The notes under the pieces: generated by a model | Told to the model about the DNA's origin: nothing | The model's input: only the letters and a program-made list of their open reading frames with translations | Databases searched by the model: none | Shown: positions 53,821-64,000 of the stretch, piece by piece | Layout: each line of letters opens with the position of its first letter | Numbering within the stretch: position 1 is the stretch's first letter | Origin: Octopus sinensis | Lineage: Eukaryota | Length of the DNA stretch: 64,000 nt | Assembly: GCF_006345805.1 (NCBI RefSeq) | Contig: NW_021833066.1 | Coordinates: forward strand, 1-64,000 | Direction of reading: 5' to 3' | Translations under genes and position numbers: made by a program

Positions 53821-54565
53821 GGGTTCTTTCAGACTTCTGTTTTCTGAATCTAATCACTTTGGTCAGCAAGGGGTTAAAGTTGAAGACACCCAATTGCCAG
53901 GCATTGCGACTGAGGCCGGAACCGTGTTTGGGAAGCAAACGTCTTAATAAACAATCATGCTTAATTTCTGTTATAATAATTGGAGTTTTTTTTTATTCTG
54001 TTATCTTTAGCCCTGGGTAAGTTTTATGCACCACGACTTCTCTACGAGAGACGGAGATCTAGAACCTGTCATGTCTGAGCTGCAATAACCTGAATAATCA
54101 ATGAACTGTGATGTAGTTTCTGCTTCTTCGATCAGTTCAGTGAATCACGTGATTGCTAGATGCTGAGTTGCCAAGTGCAAAGTATGTCTTCTTCTCGTTT
54201 GTAGATCCATGTCTGCGCATGTCTGTATAAGTTTATGTTGATAATTGTGCTTTGCGTGTATGCTTATACATCGATTCCCACGTAAATATATGTACTCATT
54301 CATGAATATGTATGTGTTTGTGTATGTATATATATTGTGTAAGTTGGTTTCTGTGCATGCGTATGTCTTAATGTGACTTCTTTTCACAGCTCCATACATT
54401 TACACAATCACAGGCTAACATGTATATATATGTATATATATAATTGTCTGTTTGTAGATAAACAGATGTGTGCGTGTGTGTAATTTTATGTGTATGAGCG
54501 TATGTTTATAAAATTATACACGTATACATATATACTTGTGTATATACACAACTATGTGCTTGTCT

Positions 54566-54613
<48 letters not shown>

Positions 54614-55227
54614 TACAGATTCAACAGTCATGCTTACATATATTCACAGGTATGGATAAATATATATAAAATATATATATATACATATGTATGTGTGGTG
54701 TGTGTATGTATATATGTATGTGAGCATATACACATGTATATAATTATGCGTATATATGTATGTATATATGTATATATATATGTATTTACAATCATATATA
54801 TATATAACAACGTAAAGTTGCAAGGTATATATATATACACACATACATATATATATGTGTGTGCGTGTGTGTGTATATATACCTATATACATATACACAC
54901 GCAAACACATACACACATGCGCGCGCACACGCACATGGCTTTTGTGTGTACTTGTCTGCTTATGTAGCTATAATTTGAATTAATCAAATTAAGAGTCATC
55001 CCATCCCCTAGAACACCGACCATCTCTTTGATTATTTCAGGGATTCCGCTAAAATGCTGGTTTCGTTAATTGGAAAGCAGGAAAAAAGCAACAAACATCA
55101 GGACAAAGAAAGGTTGAGTTCACGTAGACACGGTTAAGACACACACACACACACACATGAGCGTACACTCACAAGCCCACACGCACACCCGCACACAGTT
55201 ATAAATGTATAGATGTATACGTACGTA

Positions 55228-55270
<43 letters not shown>

Positions 55271-55317
55271 ATTACATATATAATAGCAGCTATATGTATA
55301 TATATATATATATGTAC

Positions 55318-55351
<34 letters not shown>

Positions 55352-55459
55352 ATGAATGTGTATATATATGTGTGTATATATGTGTGTGTATATATATATA
55401 TCTGTGTGTGTGGGGGGTGTATGTGTGTGTGCACAAATATATATATACAAACATACACG

Positions 55460-55493
<34 letters not shown>

Positions 55494-55592
55494 CACATAT
55501 ATACATATGCATGTATATATAAATTTGTATATACACAGTACTCCTGCATATGCGTGTGTGTGCACATACGAACATATACGTAACAACTCACG

Positions 55593-55631
<39 letters not shown>

Positions 55632-55859
55632 TCAATCATATTCATGTGTCTGCGTATGCGCATGCTTGGTTTTTACTCTTGCGCGAACGTTGTTGTGTTT
55701 ACACACTCTGAAAAACAATGATGCACATACACTTACACATACACACCCACATACAAACACACACACACACAACAACACACACACATACACACATACAAAT
55801 ACACAGTTACAAGTACAAACAACACCAAAAACAACGACAACAACAACAAACGTAATATC

Positions 55860-56035
55860 AGAAGGCGTCGCTTTATGTTAAGAAGTTTGGTTCCCAACCA
55901 CACGGTTCCAGGTTCAGTCCTACAGCCAGGCACTTTGTGCAAGTGTTTTGTACTATAGCCTCAAGCTGACTAAATCCTTGTGAGTGGATTTGATAGACGG
56001 AAACTGAAAGAAGCCCATCGTATATATATATATAT
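55860..56035 (+). mobile_element. SINE family B head half
   Basis: GGTTCAGTCC..GAGTGGATTTGATAGACGGAAACTGAAAGAAGCCC. Confidence 0.75.
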
Positions 56036-56129
56036 GAATGTTTGTGTGTGTGTGTCTTCTCTGTGTCTCTATTAGCAGATTTTATGTTAAATTATATATA
56101 TATATATATATATATATAGATATATATAT

Positions 56130-56292
56130 ATTTCTTTACTACCCACAAGGGGTTAAACATAGAGGGGACAAACAAGGACAGACAAAGGGATTAAGTAGAT
56201 TACATCGACCCCAGTGCGAAACTGGTACTTTATTTATCGACCCCGAAAGGATGACAGGCAAAGTCGACCTCGGCGGAAATTGAACTCAGAAC
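56130..56292 (-). mobile_element. SINE family A with Tx1-like tail
   Basis: Reverse complement of the family core and tail. Confidence 0.85.
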
Positions 56293-56343
56293 GTAACTTG
56301 AACTCAGAATATATATATATATATATACATATATATAATATAC

Positions 56344-56412
<69 letters not shown>

Positions 56413-56435
56413 AAACAATATATACATATATAATA

Positions 56436-56476
<41 letters not shown>

Positions 56477-56480
<4 letters not shown>

Positions 56481-56817
56481 AGGCGTGTGGCTTAGAGCTT
56501 AGAGCATTCGGCTCATGATTGTAAGGTCGTGAGTTCGATTCCCGGCGATACGTTGTGTCCTTGAGCAAGACACTTTATTTCACGTTGCTCCATTGTACTC
56601 AGCTGGAAAAAATGAGTTGTACCTGAATTTCAAAGGGCCGGCCTTGTCACACTCTGTGTCACGCTGAATCTCCCTGAGAACTACGTTAGGGGTATACGTG
56701 GATTTTCTGTGGATTGCTCAGGTACTTGCACGTTCATTTCACGTTAATTTCACGAGCAAACTGTTCCGTTGATAATATCCGCTGGGGCCCTCGTCGTCGT
56801 GACCGACGGAGTGCTCT
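56477..56817 (+). mobile_element. tRNA-derived SINE family C
   Basis: A box TGGCTTAG, B box GAGTTCGATTCCC, then GTGTCCTTGAGCAAGACACTT. Confidence 0.75.
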
Positions 56818-56823
56818 CTATAA

Positions 56824-57220
56824 TCTTTATATATAAAAGTGAGGTTGTGTGCTGTCTGTCTCCTACGATTTAGATTCCTAACTACTCCCACATTTTGCGG
56901 TACAGTTTAACCAAAACCGGGTATCTTATAGTCGTGATTCATATCGAGCCCTTCTGGGTATTAGCGCGCGTCTACGATGAGTCTACGATTTTTAAAAAAT
57001 TACCATCAATTTTTCTCATTTTTAATGCAGTTTTGGCATATATAAGGGAAGTGACTCTCTAAAAATTTATTATTAAATCTCAAAACGTAAAAAGCTACAG
57101 TAACACCTCCACCCTTTGTGGTTAGCCATATTGAGATGGCTATTATACTTTAAATCTCTAAAAATGCTTGAAATAGTTATTTCCTTTACAAACCCGAGCA
57201 ACGCCGGGCGATACTGCTAG
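56824..57220 (+). mobile_element. Non-autonomous Helitron (397 bp)
   Basis: A|TC start at 56824, CTGTCTGTCT near the 5' end, hairpin CCCGAGCAACGCCGGG (57193-57208), and CTAG|T end at 57217-57220. Confidence 0.85.
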
Positions 57221-57540
57221 TTTAACATAAAAGCTGCTATATATATGTATATGTAAGTGTGTGTGTGTGTGTGTGTGTGTATGCGTGTTTGTTTCTGTGC
57301 TTTTTGTTTGCCTCCACCCACCCACTCACCCCCCGCTTGATAACCGTCTGTATGAAAATGCAACAAAATCTCCAAATGACACGATTGGAACGACATCATA
57401 TAATCTAACCGTTTGCTTTTACTGTTATTGTACACCACTCTGGAGTTCATTTTAACTTTAGATACTCGTGGACTTCCTGGATTGTTAATCTCTATTCCAC
57501 GAACTTATATAATCCTCTTTAAGCAATATGTATGTATATA

Positions 57541-58575
57541 TTGGGTCATCCCATAAACAATGCGGTTGTTTATACTTCTGTTATTTTTCAAAATTAAGAT
57601 ATACAAAGTTCTTTTTTTAATCTAAAATATACTCTTCTTCATTTTCTACAATGCTCTTCCATCTATCTGGTGGCCTTGCAAGGCCTCTCTTCCAAAATTC
57701 ACTTGCCCATGACGAAAAATTCTCCTCCATCACTATTCTGACCTCCTCTACAGAATTCATATTTTTTCCGTCAGATGGGACAATGTCCGGAGAATATGGT
57801 TAGTGGAGAATCGTTTCCCATTCAAACTGCTCCAGCATTTGGAATGTCATCTGTATGTGACCGAGCATTATCCCGATGGAGGAACACCTTTTGTTTTGAA
57901 ACTAAAGATAGCCGTTTTTCTTCTCACGCTGACTTAAGCCGCTCAAGCTGCTCGCAGTAGATCTTTGTTATCGTTTGGTTTAGTTTTAAAAGTTCAAAGT
58001 GGACTAAACCTTTCATATCCCACCAAACAGATAGAACCTTACGTGGGTGAAGACCTTGTTTAGCCTGGGATGTTGGTGTTTCTCCTTTCCCTACCTACTG
58101 TCTTCGGCGCTTGACATTTTTACAGAGACTTCATTTCTCATCGCCAGTCACTATTCGGTCCGAAAAAGGTTCATTCGTAAGACGTGACAGCAAAGAAGAG
58201 CACAAATTCACTCTCTGCGCACCATTAGACTTGGAAAGTTTTGAGGAAGCCATTAACCCAATTTGCTGGCTTTTCCGAAGACACGCACGTGTCGTTGAAT
58301 GGTTGAATGAGTAAATCAAAGCTTCTCTGCTAGCTCCTCAACTGTTACAATGGGATTTTATTCCACCAGGGTTTGCAGAACGTCCTCGTCGAGCTCTACA
58401 GATCTTCCAGGACGAGGCTCGTCTTCTAGACTGTAGTTTCTGGCTCGGAATTTCTAGAACCACTGTTGACACTATCTTATGCTTATTGTCAGATCCCCAT
58501 ATGAATGATAATCAGATAGGGCAATGTCCGGGGAATATGGTGGGTGGAGCATCGTTTCTCATTCAAATTGCTCCA
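57541..58575 (-). mobile_element. Decayed, rearranged mariner relic
   Basis: TA + TTGGGTCATCCCATAA terminus at 57541. Minus motifs YSPDIVPSD, HRDNARSH, DRIVTGDEK, NYSLEDEPRPGR; a second HPPYSPDIALSDYH fragment at 58500-58550. Confidence 0.85.
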
Positions 58576-59110
58576 GCCTTTTCTGGCCACTGCTGCTCGT
58601 GTCTTCTGCACATTTTCTTTATTTCAAGATTAATTCTGCAATTATCTTCATTGTAGACTTTCCACTGATCCGTTAGATTTGCTTGATCACGCTTTGCTTT
58701 GGCCTAATGTCTTTCATCGATACAAGCCCATATTTCTGCTGTAATCTACATTTCTTTATTGGAACTCCTTCTCCTGCCTAAGGTGACACTTGGACTTTCT
58801 GTTAAAGCCTGTTGAAACAGCTTCCACAGCCCCTCAATATCTTCAGTGTGACGCACATCTTCAAATCTGTTGCTCACTTCGACTTCACTGTGTCGCTGTG
58901 GTTTAAGTTAACTTTCACCACCTCAAACGGTTTGTTTTTCTTGGCCACTTTTGTACTTTCCCAGATCTTTTCCGACAGCATCATTGTGACCCGAGTCAAC
59001 ATCTTCTCTGCAGCTTCGAACATACAGCATGGAAGATCACCATTAACCGCTAATGCAGATGTAATCCATCTCGGTTTTGGTCTCGGTATCGATTTTGGTC
59101 TACGTTGTTT
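58575..59110 (-). mobile_element. RTE-like LINE fragment (APE C-terminus and linker)
   Basis: Manual minus translation EMDYICISG*W*SSMLYVRSCREDVDSGH, then VEVSNRFED..EGLWKLFQQ. Confidence 0.7.
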
Positions 59111-59224
59111 TGTGGGTAGTCTTGTGTAGGAAACTGTTTCCCACATTCGTACACACACATACACACACAAAGGCACATGCACCCCTTCCTACACACACAA
59201 ACAAACAAATACATACATAAATAC

Positions 59225-59499
<275 letters not shown>

Positions 59500-59792
59500 C
59501 TTTTTATTGTAGCCACACAGGGCTAAACACAGAATAAAAATGGACGAAAAACAATGTAGAATTTTTTCTTTTCGAGGTGGGATGGGTGGGGCAAAAAAAA
59601 AAAAAAACCTTTGATCAATAGGGATCTGTGGGTTGTGTGGTGTATAAAAAGCAATATATATATATATATATTAGGTTCGCAGTTTAGGTGTAGCCTTGGA
59701 AAGAAAAACCTACAAAAAAGACCAAGGTCACCTCAGGAAATTCGAAAAAGAACACATGAGTAAGTCGCCTTACTTCTCGTTGTCTCTTTTGG

Positions 59793-62700
59793 TTACAGAT
59801 TTATGCTTAAAATAGTGTCGTCTTTCATACTGACCATTTTTGCCACTTTTACCCACTTTTTATTAAAACATTTGTTCGACAAAGCCTTCCTCTCTATTCT
59901 CATCCTCCTTTTCAAGTGGTACTTGAAAAAGTTGACGAGAGACTGACCAGAGAGGAAGGTGTTTGTTTGCAGTCCTTTCAAACGAGTCCACCACACACAT
60001 TCTTTCGCCATAGCCATCAGCGTAACGAAAACCGTTTTCCCTTCCCGTTTAAAGGAAGGTGGTGGAACAATACCCAAGATAGACTCGGCCGATAGGCGAG
60101 CCTGACCTACACGAGACAACAGCTGTTCGACGAAGGACCACAGCTCTGAAATATCTGGACACTGCACGAGTGCGTGCAGAACGGTTTCGTCGCTCTGACC
60201 GCATCTCGGGCAGGTCGGTCCGGTGATGGTTTTCGAACCGTGTCTGTAGCTCTTCTCTCGAACAGGTAGTGCGTCTCGATAGCACTGCCAAGCCAAGGAT
60301 TTCTGGAAGTTATACATAGGCCCCGGCCCGAACGTCGTCCTGAACAGGCGGGTTAGGAATTCTTCGTCGACGCCCAGGTTTGCCCCGAGTGTGTCGTCGG
60401 ACCTCCCCTCCACTAGTCCTCTATAGAACGCTTTAGTCGTTTGTAAGTTGCACAAGTTTGACCCCGGTCGGCAGAGCTGCTGTAGAGCTTGGCGACACTC
60501 TCGGTGTCAATCGCCCAGTTTCGGTCTCTTTTTGATCCACGTTTGCAGTTCGGTCAGTGAGACGAGCTGCGGGAAGTTGCGCCTCACAAACGGCGACCAC
60601 ACCTGTTCACCGTTGTCGATGAATTTCCAGAGATGTCGCAGTCTCAGCGCATGCCTGCGCATCATCAACCACGGCATGCCCAGTCCTCCATTCAACGGAT
60701 GTTGACAGCAAATGGACTTCCTCACCATCGGAACGCCACCCTGCCACAGGAAGCGGAAGAGTATGCGTTCCAGTTTGGTGATGGTGGCGTCGGGACAAGG
60801 TACGACGGTCAGGCGGCAATCGATGACGGATGCGATGTACGCGTTCGCCACCTCCGCCCGGCCTTTTAGAGACAGCTTTCTCTCGGCCCATGTTTGGCTG
60901 AGAGCGACCACTCTACTCGTGATCTCGTCCCAATTCGTATCCATTTGGAGGTCCGGACTGAACCAGACCCCGAGCAATTTAACCGGTCCGTCCGTCCAGC
61001 GTCCCACTACTGAGCCGCAGTCGGACGGCATGGGCTTGCTTCTCCAGGTGCCGAGTAGCAAACCCACTGACTTTTCCGGGTTAATCTTTGCTCCCGTCAC
61101 CGTTTCATATTTTCTTAGTGTCTCGCCTATCATCTTGATGTGTTTGTCGCTCGACACTATGACGGTGACATCGTCCGCATATGCCGACACGCTCGTCCCG
61201 CAACCCAGTTCCCGTGGGATGCCCCTCAGTGTCACCAGCTTCCGCAGTAGCGGCTCGAGAGTCAATACATACAGAAGCGCCGACAGGGGACACCCCTGAC
61301 AGACCGAACGCGTGATGTCAAACGGTTTCGACAGGTGACCGTTCACCCGAATCACCGATCGGATGCCGCTATACAAGGCAGCGATCCAACCGCGGAAGAC
61401 GGGACCGAAGCCAGCCGCCCTGAGGACGGCCGCCAAGTACCGATGGTCGACCCTATCGAAGGCTTTAGACTGATCCAATTTATCAGCGCCCCACCCATGC
61501 CAGGATCCTTAACTACCCTGTCCACAATGTAGCGCATCAGATGGAGGTTGTCATGTATGGTTCTGCCCGGCACGGCGCATGTTTGCGCCCTGTCGACCAG
61601 TTTACCAATGACAAGCGCCAACCTCTCGGCTATTACTTTGGCCAAAATTTTCAAATCTGCGTTGAGCAGAGTGATGGGCCTGAAATTATCTATAAAATTC
61701 CCTTTGTTTGAGTCTTTCTTCAGCAACGTCACTGCACCTCGGCTCACGAAACCGGGGATTCTCCCGTTTTGTTGCCAGTTGCAGTAGACTGATGCCAAGA
61801 GGTCGCCAAACAAGTCTGGCATTCGATAATACAGCTCGTAGGGTAAACCATCCAATCCAGGCGACTTATCCCTCGCGCAGCCCGCCATCGCATCCCACAC
61901 GTCAGCGGCTGTGATGGGACTTTCACAACACTCCGCTTCTCTTGCCGAGAGCCGCGGCAGGTCGGTCAGGTAGGCACTGAAATCTATCCCGCGTTCCGAC
62001 CCACCACTCGCACCAAACAGTCGAGCAAAGTGCTGTTGAAAGGCCTCACACATCCTTTCGGGTTCGAGTAAACTGCATCCCTGTTGATCTATTAGAGACC
62101 GAATGGTTGATCTGTTGCCACGCTGCGCCTCCGCTACCCGGGCCTCTCGCGCTGCTTCAATCCCTTCGTTCCTTAGAGCACGCATTTTAGCTCTGACGAC
62201 GCAACCTTCGTGCTTGGCGTTGAGGTGTTGGTCGAGGGCCATCCTCGCAGTCAGCACGTTGGTTGCGTTGCCAGTGGTAAGTGCCTCTTCTAGTTTCTTA
62301 ACTAAGTCTCCCCCTACTCTATTTCGTTCTATCGCTAATTCCTTGCTAAACCTAATTGATTCCGATTTTATTGCCATTTTCAGGGCGTACCACCAGCGGT
62401 TGTTAACGACCGCTCCCGTCAGCGCCCTCTTAATTAACTCGCTAATCCGGTTCCTGTAAACCTGTCACGCTAACAGCGACGTGTTCAGTTTCCAGTAACC
62501 GGGACCCTGCCTATGTGTTTTATCTAAGTCGAGCGTACACGTAACAAATTTGTGATCTGTGTAGCTGACTATTTTAAATTGTGGACATCCTACACTATCC
62601 CTATCCGCTGTCCTGCATAGAATTCTATCTAGATAAGATCTCGACGATCCGACGCGGTTTGTCCAAGTCCACGTTGGCACGTTCGGATGGTCGAGTCGGA

Positions 62701-63210
62701 ACCTGTCAGACAAATGGAGACGTCTGAGCAGGTCTTTGAGGCTCTTACACCCCCTTCTATTCCTATCCCTTCCCACATAATCTAGATGCGTGTCCAAGGT
62801 AGCGTTCCAATCCCCTACTAACAGTAAAGGTCTAGACGTACCCAGGAAAACCTCTAGACGTCTGAAGAAATCCGCCCGACCCGTTAAGGACGTGCATAAA
62901 CTGCCATCAGACGGAATGCACACCCATTTCTGCCATCCACGTCCAAGACAACCAGCCTACCCTCCGGGTCTAGGAATATTGCTCTTACTTTTATCTTTAG
63001 ACTCTCCCTGTTCGGCAGACAGGGAGAAAAATAAATGTCAAATTGATTGCCAAACATGGACTCGACGGCCCGCGGCTTACTGAGTCTGGTTTCACTGATA
63101 GCTACTATATCCACGTCCAGTGACTTGATGTCGTTTAGAAGGTAACCTTGCTTCCAAGCCGACGCCAAGCCACGCGCATTCACACAACCTAATTTAAGCA
63201 TACTTGACAT
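59793..63210 (-). pseudogene. ORF2 (APE endonuclease - RT - CCHC) pseudogene
   Basis: ORF segments 62884-63210, 62465-62923, 61352-62377, 60507-61478 and 59793-60455. Confidence 0.93.
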
Positions 63211-63267
63211 TTACGACAATTGTGTTTTACACACTATATTAGAAGAGACAAGAGGCAAGAAGTGAGG

Positions 63268-64000
63268 TCACTTACTCATTTTAAAAGTTTCATTTTTTTC
63301 TTCTTCTTCTTTTGTATTGTTTTTGATGAGGTGTTTGTATAGTTTTTTCGACAGGTATCGTCGATACCCGCCTACCGCATTCGGAAATATTGTTTTCAGT
63401 ATGTGGTGTTGTGCTTGTGTTATGTGTAAAATTCTGATGTGTTTCGGTGGTGTGGTGAGCGGATGATTGTTTGTCTTAAAGTCATCTTCAGATGACCATG
63501 TTAGATTTGATGTAGTAGTCCATTAATTCTTTATTGTCTGTGTCTATTGCAGTTAGTTGTGTGTGTGGTTTTACGGGTTCATTACTTTTTTGATTGTCTA
63601 GGGGGATGTTGTCCTGAGTTAGATATCTCCCTGCTTTACTTCCTTGTTTGGTGGATTTTTTGGATCTTTTTCTTTTACCCCCTGTGGCTATTTGCCATTC
63701 CGTCGAACTTTCGTCGTCCGACGTATCAGTATGGGGTAGAGGCAAAACATTTGCATTACTATGTATGCTTGTATAAATTGTTGATGTTTTGTGCGGTGTT
63801 TGTTTTGTTGTGGTGTTATGGGTAGCAGTTGTCTTCTCGTCAGTGTTAACTGTCTTTTTAATTGTCGTCCTGGGTGTGGGTCTATTTTTTGTTAATTCAA
63901 CAGGTTTAATTTGTTGTGAAGTCAACGGTGATTGTGTTGGTACTGTTTCTTTTCTTGGTGATGTTGTTGCGGTTTGTTCGTTGGTTTGTTGTTTTTCTTG
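63268..64000 (-). pseudogene. Probable ORF1 C-terminal low-complexity region
   Basis: T/N/K-rich ORF 63488-63925 (DTSDDESSTEWQIATGGKRKRSKK) on the ORF2 strand directly upstream. No diagnostic domain visible; more AT-rich than ORF2. Confidence 0.5.

Larger units (their letters stand above)
59498..64000 (-). mobile_element. Tx1/L1-like LINE, near full length (runs off the window end)
   Basis: ORF2 63210->59793 in five frame segments. APE: VNARGL, ISET, LVGDWNA, YLDRIL, YTDHK. RT: DGLPYELY, FRPITLLN, DQSKAFDRVDH, QGCPLS, YADDV. CCHC: CPRCGQSDETVLHALVQC. The 3' UTR ends GGCTACAATAAAAAG at (GATA)n. Confidence 0.95.

Noticed and set aside
60448-63083. Plus-strand ORFs (e.g. 60712-61299, 62103-62459) opposite LINE ORF2
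   Set aside because: Antisense shadows of a GC-rich coding strand.

Overview
AT-rich eukaryotic (metazoan) DNA made almost entirely of microsatellites and transposable elements. The SINE/LINE repertoire looks like an octopus genome, but this is an inference from recalled repeat sequences and was not searched. I could not support any host protein-coding exon, and most ORFs in the track are translations of simple repeats. Main elements: two mariner relics; a Tc1-like relic; a near-complete Penelope-like element (RT + GIY-YIG) with an inverted upstream copy of its 3' end that carries a well-formed type I hammerhead ribozyme; an ORF1-only CCHC (gag-like) element; two Tx1/L1-like LINEs with 3' ends in (GATA)n; three restriction-like-endonuclease (R4/Dong-like) LINE fragments and three copies of a ~555 bp non-coding element, all in (AAT)n; CR1 and RTE fragments; two non-autonomous Helitrons; a hAT MITE; three tRNA-derived SINE families; and two tandem duplications that may be assembly artefacts. 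The most interesting signals are two apparent microsatellite-targeting retroelement systems (GATA and AAT), a SINE tail that matches the Tx1-like LINE 3' end including a shared stem-loop, an inverted repeat bracketing the Tx1-like ORF2, and several unrelated hammerhead-bearing repeats. All alignments and folds were done by eye; boundaries are approximate unless a TIR, TSD or terminal motif is quoted.
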